A DNA stretch of 64,000 nt from Nymphaea colorata (taxonomy: Eukaryota), in assembly GCF_008831285.2 (NCBI RefSeq), contig NC_045138.2, positions 19,344,001-19,408,000 on the forward strand. The letters run 5' to 3'. Position 1 is the first letter of the stretch. The number at the start of each line of letters is the position of its first letter. This document shows, piece by piece, positions 22,305 to 35,296 of the stretch. The position numbers and the translations under genes were made by a program. The notes beneath the pieces are model-generated. The model did not search any database. It worked only from the letters and a program-made list of their open reading frames with translations, and had not been told where the DNA came from.

Positions 22305-22404
22305 ACTGTCAGTTGATAGAGGAGAAAAACTCCAGAAACCGCAGAAAATGAGAAAAAGGCGAGCACAGGAGGATGGTAAACAGCGGTCTCTCTCTCCCTC
22401 CCTC

Positions 22405-22422
22405 TTTAGGGTTTAGGGTTTA
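22405..22422 (-). promoter_or_regulatory. Tandem telo-box in GAR1 promoter/5' region
   Basis: TTTAGGGTTTAGGGTTTA (AAACCCTAAACCCTAAA on the sense strand) about 100 nt upstream of the GAR1 ATG. Confidence 0.8.
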
Positions 22423-23114
22423 AGCGGCAGGGGAGACGACCAGGCTGAAATGACAAAAATCTCCAGTTCGTCGAGTAAAACTGACGATAATGCTCATTTT
22501 TAGTCATACGGCAAATTGACCTAACTGTGGTCGTTTCGGTCGCCTCCAATTTTGGATCCGAAGTGGGTTTGAGATCCTTGGATCTTCGATCCGAGGTTTT
22601 CAGATCTGCGACCCTTCAATCTAAATTAGATAGAGGAAGAGGGCATCCTGGATTTCTCTAGGGACGTCAATTAAATTTGATGTGGACTTGATATCTCACC
22701 GATCCATTTTAAATAATAGGATAAGAAAAAAAAAACATTCGATGAAAAAATTAGACCGGATTGAGATATAAGAAATGACATGCAAACAGATTTAGTTTAA
22801 ATTTTAGATTTATAAAAATATATGCTCGCATTTTGAATTTCAAATTTGGTTTTAAATAAACATCAGATACTCAATGTCCTTACATTTCAAAAGTGGGTTC
22901 TCAACATATGCTAATATTATTCCGGTTCAGTTTAAAAATTCAGATTTGGATCCAGATGTGTCTTTAGAAATAAAATGTGGATTGGATTGGGATGATGAAA
23001 ATTGGATTTGAATCCAAATATTTGAACATCCAAACAAGCAAATATAATTAAAAATACATTTGACTTGAATCCAAGCGGTTAAATCAATTTCTCTCCCACG
23101 CTCCTTATCTTTAC

Positions 23115-23220
<106 letters not shown>

Positions 23221-26200
23221 ATTCCAATGTCCTTCCATTCAGCTCAGCTGAAGGAAAGGCGACGCTTATCTCTGAAAATTCCAAAACATGAGACTCGTTC
23301 TCAAAATTGTCGCCAACATATGGGTTTCTCAAGAAAACTTTGTCTCGGCTTAACATGTAATGAAAAAAAAAATGAAAAGAAAACTTTATTCTGGCATCAA
23401 ACTGAAAAATTCTCCTGCTTGGTATAAAATAAAACCTTTGAGGTTCTCTCTGACTAGTCTAAAGAAATGCTCTTTCTGTTTATTCTCTTTGATCTCATGA
23501 TCTTGTCAACTTGGTAATTACCGGAAGCAACCTTGTTGAAATGAAGATACTTTTTATGTTTATAATTAGTTAATATTTTCATAATTAAAAACCAAAAAGA
23601 TTTTGTCAAAGCAGTACCAACAATTTTTTTTTTTCCTGAGAAAAATTAGGCATGAAAAGCTGTAGTAGATCGGTGGGGTTTTTAATGCTAAGAATATAAA
23701 ACTTTTGGAGTTAAAGACTTTTGAACTATTATGAGTATGAGGTGCTCTAGGCTTTTGGCAGAGTCACTTATTCCTACCTGGAACTGAAGCCACTGATGAC
23801 AAAAGTTGCCTTCTAGAAAAGTAAACGAAAAGTTTACAAAATAAACACATAATTTTTTAGGGAAAAAAACAAAAATAAATGGATTTCTATTGTAAAATTT
23901 TCCAGTAACTGCCTATTTAATTTATGCGTATCGACTAATTCAAGTGAGTGAATGGAAAATTTTGATCTGGCAAAGAAATTTTGTTATGGGACAAAAAAGT
24001 TTGAGCATCTTTTACTTAGACTTTACTTTCTTTTCTAGAATTTTAAGGACCTAAAAGTTTTGTTGATGTATAGTTTTGAGACCCACAGTCCAATTTTTTG
24101 TGCATTTAAGGTACGGGACCTACTTTTGGCACCTCAGCCTGCTGCCTCCGCTGCACTTAAATTCATATATTAGTGAACCCACTTTTAGAGCACGAAGGTT
24201 GATGCTCCTGACACTCAAAATGAAGACTAGCCACCTGTCAGTTCCTATCTCTAGCTGTTGTATAAACCTCTCAGGGACAATTACATTGACCTATTATTTA
24301 CTATGCTTACCTATCAACTAGGGTGGAGCCAAAAGGGAGCCCCGCATAGGCCTCGGCTCCATCTCTATTTTTTTTTAGATTACATGTAAATTTTAAAAAA
24401 TTTTAATTATCTTATATATGAAAAATGATATTTTGGTTCGTCTGTTTTTAGCTGTTATTTATTCAATCACTTTCTACCCTTTCTCGTTACATGTAAGTTC
24501 AGACTTGGTATCCAATGGGATGAACTTGAATTCTTCAATATCTTCAAATCAGATGGCCTTATGGCGTGTTTGATGCGTCGACAAATTTTACTTTGGATCG
24601 AGTCTCTTTAGCACAATTTCAACTGTTCGTACAAAACTTCTCGCTCAAATTTGATGAAAAAATCATCCAACTACGTTTCCCGTAATTCTACAATCCGTGG
24701 TAAACTAATTAGTCCAGAAAAATTTTCCCGATAACTGTTCCATTGCAAATGGAAAATAGGCATTTTCAAAAATATAAAACGCTTCTTGTCGCTTGTTTTT
24801 TCCTATTTTACATTCGCTTAATTGTGTAACTCTGAAGAGGTTGGCACAGATAGCTGAGTTGGGGTTTATGAATCGTCGCTGTACAATAAACAGTCACTAC
24901 TGCATGCTCTTGTGCGGATTGTTTTATAACGACAGTTTTAAAATTTTTAATTCAAGAATCCAGCAGATTTAAATTTCTCTATTTATATAGGAGGATTAAG
25001 TTAGTAAAACTGCTATAAACCATTTATAAAAGCCATTGGTGCACCATAGGCTATTGGCAATGATTAATGGTGACTGTTTTTAGCAATGAATTTTTATTTT
25101 TTAACCATTTGGTAACATTTAACATCCAACTTAGTCAAGTCTCTCATATATTCTTATGTATATGTGTATATGTATGGTATTTTACTATCAGCAAAGTTCT
25201 CCAACTAGTGTAGATGATAAATTGGATTTGGTATGGATACATCTTTTGGCATGCCTAATGGTGGTAGAACATTGTTTTTTTTTTTAAAAAAAAAAAACTT
25301 GCATATTCAGATTTGGCAACAAAATTGCATACCAAATACAGATCCAATTAATAGCTGGGTTCTTATAATACAATATGACGATCATGGTAAAAAACCTGCA
25401 TGGGTTTGAACTTTGAAGTTGGTAATACAAGTCTTTATAGCTTTAGATTTTAATGGCTTACTCATTTTAATGGCAGAAACAGAATCAATTGAAGCAATGG
25501 AGCTTATCGTCTTAAGTTTAAAAGTTTGAATGACTGCATTCCATCTATAGCGCGACAATCTCAACATCATGTGGCCAGGAAATAGATGCAGACATCATGG
25601 CCCTTCTCTTCTGTGAGGCGGCGGATCAAGCACAAAACATACAACCATATCACATCAAGTTGCCCATTTTGTTGTCTACTGTCAATCTATACAAGCGATT
25701 GCTCATCCACCACAGTTAAATCTAATGTAGACAATGAAGTCAGAATAGTACGACAATTAACTATGACGATAACAACTAAATTTCATAAGGAAGGAAGGAA
25801 TAATCAGCAGCATCCATTGCATAAAACGATAGTGGCCCACCTGGTAGGCGTCTTTCTTTCGTGATAAGGAATAAATGAATGAATGTATTTACAGTGAACG
25901 ATTGGAATATGGCATCAAATAAGCGCTTTTAGGCCAATATATTTAGTACCATTAAAGCACTAAGATTTTCTCTTGATAAAAGTATAATAAGAATAGACAT
26001 CAATAGTAATAGTAATTGGCATGAACGCCGCCAGGTCTCCTATGGTAGAATGCTCCTATGGTAGAATTCTATGAAGTATTAAACGTCTGGAATGCTTGTC
26101 ATGACTGATAGATTGAGCGCGTCACAATTTTCAATGAAAACCTTCGCAGGTGGTCTCCTACAGCGGCTCCCAATGAGGTTGTTCCAATGGCGGCTATGGC

Positions 26201-26745
26201 TGTTACGCGGACAGTAGGGGTTCATTTCTCATGATGCCACAGCCACTACTTGTCCTTGTCGAAATTAGGCATATTTCTTCAATGGAAACTTTTACAGTTA
26301 CTATGATGGGGGGCAATGAATTTTCAAGCATCTTTTTCTCTCTAGGATCTACAGTATAATCAGGCGTACCAAACGAACACAAAAGCCTAAGCACTCATCA
26401 CTAGAACGGCACCCATTGTAAAAATTGAAAGTACCACCACGAATTGAAGTTGGTAATAATTTTTCTCTCTACAGTTTTTAGATCTAGAATTAATGACCCT
26501 AGTACTTAGGCTGCTAAGGAAAAAGAGAAGGCCGTCCTAGCCAACTGGCCTACCAATTTTGAGTGACACATATTTGCCTGTCTTGCTTCTGGTGGAGATT
26601 CAAAAGCTGGTTACCTCAAATGCTGGTGTGCAGAATATAGGAAGTTTTCCTTACTCTCTTGGCTTTGAGATTTCATGCTCCAGAGAAAGAACCAAAGGGA
26701 ATTGGATTTTGGGGGCACCCGTACCCCAAATCCTTGTTGGTGTTG

Positions 26746-29529
26746 ATGCGTCCTGCTGAGGAGGCCGCTCAGCGAGAGTTTCTTCGATCAGTTTTCTGTT
26801 TTTTGTTTCCAACTGGCTTCTAAAAAGCTTCCCTCATGTGGGTTTTCCTGCACTTCCATCTCTTCTCTGTTCTGTGCATCAGATGGTGTTGCTTGTCCTC
26901 CACCATTGGAAGTGGAAGGCAGTATCCCACACGTTTCTGTTGTGTGTACGGTTCCTGATGGTGTGGGCAAGCTTTCTAGTGAGAAGGTTGAGGTTGAGGA
27001 CACCTGCTTAGATGAAAATGTCAAAGTTGTGCTCAAGAGTATCTTGAAGAAGGAAGGGGTTGATGATGGGGTGAAGGGGGATGGAATTGAAAAGGGGAGG
27101 GTGCGGTGGATGGATTTTCAAGGAAGAGAATTAGTTGAGGTAAAGGAATTTGAAGCCAGGTCAGTTTTTATTTGATGATTCTTATTGTTTTCTTGCCCTT
27201 TTCTGTTCTTGGTTTCTGTTAGGATCTCATTGAGTAATTTCTTCCTTTTAATGTGCACGAATTCCTTTTCTAGTTTGTTTGCTTTTTTCTCTTTCCCATT
27301 ATGTGATCTCTCTGTTGGGAAACTTTTAAAGAACACCACTGCTTGAGATTAGGTTGGAGACTAAGCCTACTGAATTTGGCGAAAAAGACGATAATTATTG
27401 TTGTGCACAGGACGGAGCAGTGGCTTTAGATGTTGAAATTTGGGATCTTTTTGCAAGGATGATTGGATGTTACCTCTGGTTTATGTGAATTCATATTAAT
27501 TATCTTGAAAGACTATTGGTGGAACAATTCGATAATGATATTAGTTGTTATTGTAATTGGAGGGTAGAATTTTCTACATTAGGCCTTTCTTTCTACGAGG
27601 ATCTAGATTGATACGTTTATGAGTTGAGACCAATCTTCAATGTTGCCACTGGATTTGAAACCACCATGATTTTTAATAACCATGGTAGGCATTCACCTCT
27701 AGGTATTGAGACCAGATAAAATGGGGTTAAGCTCTGGACTTGTTAAAAGATCTGGTGATTCCTTCACGTTTGCAGACTTTTCCAACTGCAACTGAGTTGC
27801 TTCGTTGCTTCCATTCCCTTCAGGTGCATGTCAATTGAGGGTGACTTAAGCAGTCACTGCAATAAGACAGAGTTATTCAACAAAAGTTCTTTCTGGCCTA
27901 CCTATTCATTTTGCTTTTCTTCCTTCTAATGCTGACGTCCGTTAAAATTTGTAGATTAGGACTTACTGAACCTCATTCAAACTCGGCCTTTATTCACGTA
28001 AGCCAGGATTAATAGTTGATGAAGTCCCATTTCTGAGCCAAATTCTTGCCAAGTCCGCCATTTGTACGTTCTAATCCTGATTGAGTTGTGTCACAATGAA
28101 TATCCTTTCTTAATTCCATGGCTTAGTTGTTTCTATGGCTTAGTTGTTTCTATAACTTCTTACAGGTCTGTCCAAATCCTCTCTTTCTTTCTGTTATTAT
28201 CCGTAGCAGAAAATTTTACTTTCTCTTTACTGGGTTCTGCCAGAAAATTTTGCCCATCAGAAAATTTTGGTCTTTTCTCACTTGCCATCATCGCACCATA
28301 ACAGAATCGTTTTCCTAGAAGAAATATCCACATATTTGTTCTTGACAGGATTTTTCTGGTTTAGGACGAGAATTAGCATTCGTTCTGTTACACTTTAAGC
28401 TGGGAATTATTTCAGTTGAAAGCATTTGCAGGCATTCAAAAAATGTGTCTGCTACTTAGTGTGTAGAATAGATCAGTACCATGAAGAACATAGTGATTGT
28501 CCTATGAATCTGTTCAAAGATTGGGGCATATTCATCAAACACTAGAACTAATATTTCATGAGTCTGACCTAACCTTTGGAGCAGATTCATGGGACATTCA
28601 CAAAGTGTCTCCCTGCCAAACGACCCCTGTATGTGTTTGTTCTCTGAAACGCATTTCAGTGTGCAGCCAAATGTGGGTTTTGCTTTATTGACTTTGATCA
28701 CATATTGTGTGGCCATTTGCTTCCATAGCTTGTGCTCTTTCTCATTTTTCAGTGCTCTATAGTAAATGTCGTCATCTAAATGCTGAATATTTGGTATAAG
28801 CTTTTTCAATGTGTTACTACATCCAGTTGCATTTGGTTTTAAAAGAGAACCAAGTATAAAACCTAATAATTTTGAGGCTTTGGAGCACATTTTTTTCTCC
28901 AAAAGGGTACAAAGTCAGCTTATCAACGCTGTCGGTAGACATTCTAGATTAGGGGAGTTGGTAGAAATTTATTTCAGTAGTGTGTTTCTGAGAAGCTGCT
29001 GAAGTTTTGCTACCAAAGATTTTCCTTCAAGTTCTCTTTGTGAATGGCCTGGTAAATCTTTTCCCTTGGCTAACCTTTTTGTCTATATTGTTGGAACAGT
29101 ATTCTCCACACTGTTTTCTTTCTCACAAAATGGTAGCAGCTTTCTTAACAGCAAGCCCTCTTTTAGTTGCTTCTCATGCTTAATGAATCAGAGGGGAAGG
29201 CAGTGTTTCCATTTCCTAGCTTCCACTCTTCATTTAGTCGCACTTCACGAAATCAAACTCTCAGTTGCATATCTGCCATATCCTTTTAGTTGGGTTGCCT
29301 GGTCCAATTTTCTGAATCTACGGATTGTCTAAGCATTTGTGAAGTTACTTTGTGTGGCTGCTCTCATCCAATTTGAAGCAGTTACAGTTATTATCTCTGT
29401 CAAATTTCTTGTTTCACGTTCTTTACACCAATTCTGCCTAAGTTTTCTAAATCCTGTATCCCTTCATGCAGTGATTGGGATGATTCAGATGATGACGAAA
29501 ATGACAGGTGTTTGTGTGCTATCCAGTGA
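26746..29529 (+). CDS. Uncharacterised small plant protein with KSILKK, RVRW...ELVEVKEFE and C-terminal CaaX (CLCAIQ); start codon anomalous
   Basis: Exon 1 is open from 26747 to a donor after 27159 (AG|GTCAGT). Exon 2, 29472-29529, follows a CAG acceptor in matching phase and gives ...VLKSILKKEG...KGRVRWMDFQGRELVEVKEFEASDWDDSDDDENDRCLCAIQ*. The only in-frame ATG after the upstream stop lies inside the conserved motif; the ATG at 26746 is one base out of frame. Confidence 0.8.
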
Positions 29530-32500
29530 ACTGATTCCAGCTTCTTGCAACATGCCCACCTCCTGCAATAAGCACAACTAACATTCTAAACTGAGTTTTG
29601 GCATATCATATATTTTGCTGCAAGCATTCCCTCGACCTCATAAACTATCAATTATCTGAAACATTTTTGTATTTGGCAACTTCAATTTTGTATATGATGG
29701 CTCCAACCTGTTACCGCATGAATTCAGATTAAACATCTGATTCTCCATTCATAGATGATAAAATGTTTGCTGCAAATCTATCTCTCTCTAGCATTGGGTT
29801 CAACCAACAAGGGGATCGCCGTCTGGGCGGTGAAGATGTTAGGATAAGGATTCCACATGGTCACTAAGCTAAGTTACTCAAGCACGTAACGTGGACGCAG
29901 TCAAGGTTTGTCATGCCAGTGTTCTCTGCCTGCAAATTCCTGATGTCTTTCTAATGTGTGTACGGGATGTAAACACCGGAAACTTGATGTGAATAGGTAA
30001 AGATGCATCTATCAAAAACTGCTATTTGGCCCCCGGCAGTAACTGCTCATGAGAAGGCAGCATGTGCGCCAAAGAAATGCTGAACTTGGATTCAAATCAT
30101 TGGGCATAAATCTTGAACAAAAACGCGACCCTTGCAGGCTTCACCAAACCAAGTTCTCGTTGTAGCTTTTTTCTTTTCTGTAAAAACTGTAACGAGACTT
30201 TAGAAATTATAATGGGTTGAACCAGAAATGAAATCCTTTTGTGCATGGTAGCATGAAGATGAATGTCTAGGCCCCCTACAAATAAGTTTTTGCTGTTTTG
30301 GTATCTAATATTGCTGGTTAATTGGGGATAACTATATTTAGTATGGGTAAAATTGCAGGCAGACAAGCCTCGGGATTTGTTCGATTATATCATCAGGCTT
30401 CATCAAACCTAAGGAAATAGAACTGAAATCCTACTTTTCGTCCCCACACTGACAGGGGTTTGATGAGGATAGAAAGGCACATATGAAGAATTGATGATGG
30501 AAGGGAACATTACATGAAGCTACACATTAATAACCTACCTACTTGGAAACGATTTCCATTTTGAACAGGGCCCTTTGCTAAATCGAGGTCTGGGTAAGCA
30601 GCGAACTGCCTTCTACTCGGTAGAGTACCCTCACCATTTGCAGTTCAAGGGAATAGCACCTACAGAAATCGAAGTGAGGACATGCCATTTATATCTACCA
30701 ACCCCGACCACTTATGCTACGCCCCTTAAAACACCTATACTAAGAAGTTAAACTGTCTTTTGCTGCTGCAAATGTGCGAACAACCATAAAATTTGCTTTT
30801 TCCCCCGTATTACTTCATTAGAGCAGTTGCTCCATGCGCTATATGTTGTGGGGTCAACTTTATGGTTGTGATTCTATTTTGATTACCAATATGGTTTAGT
30901 GCGAACTTTTGTATGTGATTTGAAATTTACGGCATTTCTTGTTCATTTTTTACAGCTTTGAGACGATTATACTCCGGTGTTGGCTGATCGTCATCTTTCA
31001 TAAGAACCCAATCCCATAGACAGCAAAAGCATGTGTACTATGGCAAGGATGAGGATTGGACTTAAGAATTGGGACCTAACAAAAGTGTATTTCTTGATCA
31101 TTTCCATATGGATAGATAACTCAATGCTGTCCTGCCAGTTTTTCCTTTTTTCGCTTAAAACTTTAGCACGCACAACCAAATGGAAATTGCACCTGAATCC
31201 CTGATAGTGTTTGTAATGTAATAGGTAGCTTTCTTAAATCCGGTGCTCAACTAATCATATCTGCAGACCATTCTAATCGAAGGATAGGGGAATTCAATTC
31301 CGTTTGAATTTTTATGGATCTACAGGTCTGTTTGGGGTACCAATATCTTGTTTTCAGGCATATACCGCATGAATTTTCTCCATAATTTGGCTTAATGGGT
31401 TCAAGTAATTCAGGCAATGAAAGCAGGGAAGCTGGTGATTGTAAAAGTCGTAGCAACAATGCTTAGTATTTGAGATGTAAAGCAACCGCCGAAATCGATT
31501 GTTTTATACAAGGCGAAACCTTATTCCTGCTCCGAAATTCAGGTCTAAGACCAAATACGGATTTGGTAAAAGTTTATGTCGAAGCTCCTTTGGAGTCTCA
31601 TTGTAGTGATTGTCATCAGGCTCAACCTCATAGTGACTGTAGGCGTAGCAAGTAATATCTTGGGGCCCTAGGCCGCAGCACGTTATGGCTGAAAATTACA
31701 TAAATGCCCTTCGTTATTGAAGGAGGGGATCCCTTTCAAAGGCAAAGATGGAAAAGAATGAAAACTTCTTCCACAATGACTGAAAGGTTCATTTCCTTTT
31801 CAAAAATATAACAGAACTATTCTATCATGAAAGGGCAAAACACGAGGCCCCTGTTCACCCACTAAAACGCAAATCAACCTCAACTATAAATGCTTCTTGA
31901 GAATTTATCTGAAACATTAAGGAGACTGATTTTTCATTTGCAATCCCAGCATTTTTAATTCATGGACTTCAAGTCACCGCTCCTTATCAGAATCAGGGAT
32001 CCACCGATTCAAGAGATAATGAGGCTTTTCAAATCTACAGTTTGCTAAATGAATTTAGACAGCCCTATATTAAATCAAACCTTCGGTTGTACAATCAAAT
32101 AATAACCCCGATAAAGTGCAAGGAGCAAGCTTACAAGCTTCTGCATTCACATTGTTGCTTTATCAATAAAAGTCGGTCCCTCTTCAAATAGCTCGACTGG
32201 AGCGGCTGCAGCATCTTAACCAAAAGTCTTGATTTTTTAACAGCATTGGCCATGTAATCTTCCAAATGGACGGTGCCACCATACAGGATCACCCAGATTC
32301 CTAAATTGTACTGATCAGATACTAGAAAAGGTGAAAAAATGTGAAATCATGTAACAAGATGAAGCTGGTAACCAGGAACAATTCTCCAGCGTGATAAATC
32401 AACCAAAGGCATCCAGTCCTGAATGGGATACAAGATAGATACAACAGTTAGCTGAATAGGAAACCCCTGGCTGATTTCCACTGGTGAACCCTGCAGTTTC

Positions 32501-32744
32501 AATTTCTGGTCCAAATGCCCTTGAGGCTTGAATGTGAAAATATTCTTCTGGTTAAAATTGTAAAGTTGTGATTCTTCAAACCCTCTCCGGACTAAACAGG
32601 CTTCTATTGCTGCATCAATCATACATCACGGGATCATGAGCCAGTCTGACAACCGAGCACCTTCTCAACCTTCCAGATGAAAGAACAGCCATCTCAACAT
32701 TTTGCGACAAAAGCCTGAGACATAAGCCCGCTGATTCAAAAGAT

Positions 32745-35219
32745 TCAACCTAACTGATCTGCAGTTGGGAGATTATTTGAGGAAGCTTCTCCTTTACCCT
32801 TACTGTTCTTACTTGTGACCGGGAACCTTTCTTCAGGCTGACGCTGCCACAAGTAATTTGCTGCTTCAAGCCAACCAGGACTGACCACAAATTTCTTTTG
32901 TTGCACTGCCCAGCGAGACTTTTCAGTTCCCAAGTCTACAGTGACTACATGAGTTATGGATGAATCAATCTCAGTGGAACACGCTGCGCCAAGATTCTCT
33001 GCCATCTTCCACAGGGGTTGAGTGTCAGCAGGACATCTGGTTGGATGCACACGACTAAACATTATTTTGCACCCCTTCAGAATGTCCTTGCGGATTGCTT
33101 TCAATACCTATCGTGCAAAACATTGCAAGCGAGACAGAAGTATCAGCATTCCTCTTTTCTCCTTTCATCAGGTGCAATGAACCATTGATTAAGGCACTTA
33201 CCTCCCTAACATCCCTGTCCGTGTAATCCTCAAGGCCCTGCAACAAAAGACTGATTACAGCAGCATTGAGAAAAACCAAGAGAACATTGAAGAATGTATA
33301 GCACGTCCAGGTCAACTAACCGGATCAAAGAACTTTGCATGAACACGTTTCAGAACATTGAGGATAGTTGCAAGAGCACCCTCTGATTCACTTTCATCCC
33401 TCATTAACTCTGTCAAGGATTTATTATTGAAGCCATATTGATGACAACTTGAGGCAAAAAAATGGTATCTTTCCATTAGTATCAGGTTTTCTTTGTGTTT
33501 CTGCCAAACCTGACCAAGTTAAAAAGAGAAACCATCAACAAAAATAATTCACAGCAAATATTTCCAGACCAGAAGAAAATAAAACTCTGACACCAACAAA
33601 TTGTTTCAGGCTGTGGAAGAAAAAACTATGGTAGGCCTTCAGTACTAATAAAGAGTAAATACAACCTTTACTACTTGTCCTTGACATCTAATCATTGTCT
33701 ATATTTTTCTATACATGTGCTGGGTACCAGGAACCCAAATTTTCATGTCACCTGAAAAAGCTACAATCACTTTTAAGTTCATTGAGAATGGATAGGCAAA
33801 TCAAATAAACAAATGGAAGCACATAATAACAAAGGAAAGAACACATAATTTTAAGAATATTTGCATCAGCAAAATCAAGAAAGTTCTAACCATATCTACA
33901 CTAACCATCTCTGTGTCATCCAGAATCACAACAGCCGACTCAAGACCTAAGACCACATCCAGTCCCTTTTGATGCTTTTGGGTACAATCAGCTTGTGAAA
34001 TAACTTTAGAAGGAAAATATACACCTTTTGGATCAAGCATATTAGCCATTTCCAAAGCATATGGACGTTCAGCCATCGTATAAATGTACATTTCAAACAT
34101 GGTGCTTGCTTCCCTCAGAAAAGTGTGGACATATGGCCTTAGTTTTGTCATCATGTGCATCCTATCTAATCTAAACAACATGGCCGTATCACCTGCAGGA
34201 AAGATGACATTTCAGATTGTTATCCCAATAAAGGAAGCATAGAAAAAGAAATGAAAAAATAGACAGCGAAGTGCAAAAGAGGGAAGAAGACATGAGAAAG
34301 ACAAAAAAGAACTGCAAAGGTGAAATTGTGATTGTCAACTTCAACAAAAGAAGTGATTTTGGGGCAATGAAACATAAAGTACTTGGCACAACTTAAAAAA
34401 AAATGCTGAGTATTGGCATATATTTAAAAATACGCAGACTGCAGTTTTTATTCATTGAAAACCTGAAACATTAAAAAATACAAGAATATAAATGAACAAT
34501 CATACTAAAAAAAATAAACGACAATGTAATCTATTTAAAACTAACCAAGCAAAAAAGAAAAAGGTAAATCTATGCTGACATTATTTGGATCTCTAGAGAA
34601 TATTTATTAGTAAGAATTACTCAGATATTCAAGCATAATGATGTCACAAAAACCCAATGAACAAGTCACCGAATCATATTCAGCACCATTAATGGAGTGA
34701 TTAGATGCTTAAACAACGGTTATATATTCCCTGATGCAAAAGGAGACAGGATGTTTCAGGCTCTGATAAAACATATTTGGAATTCATTTCAGAAAATCTA
34801 TTTCCCCTGTTTGCAACGCCACCCAAGGTAGTGTCCATGTCCTTGCTTAACCGTTGGCTTATGAATCAGGTTTGTCAAATACAGAGTTTGCTAAACATCC
34901 ATATGAACCAATGACTCAGCATACCTTTTTCAAGCTTCATGTTTTGTCTTTTCATTTTCCTAGCATCTTACTTCCAATCAGGTCAAGAACTGCAGTCTGC
35001 AGCTCAATTCAGTGGTTGTTTTTTCCTTCCCATTCCATTTTCAGATTTGATGGCTGATTAGTGCTATGATGACCACATAGTTTAACATATAATATTACTC
35101 CCATTGGTCATAAAAATCGCAATATTTCAAAAGAACAAATCTGATTAAGTAAAAATACTTAGACACCCTGTCTGGAAATGGATCCTGTAGTTAAAATATG
35201 TAACCTCCTCTATCTCCAC

Positions 35220-35296
<77 letters not shown>

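Noticed and set aside
22405..22422. Interstitial telomere remnant
   Set aside because: Only about 2.5 TTTAGGG units, positioned as a promoter telo-box of GAR1.
28456..28902. 148-aa minus-strand ORF
   Set aside because: Lies within the single intron of the CaaX gene, has a non-ATG start and no domain similarity I can recognise.
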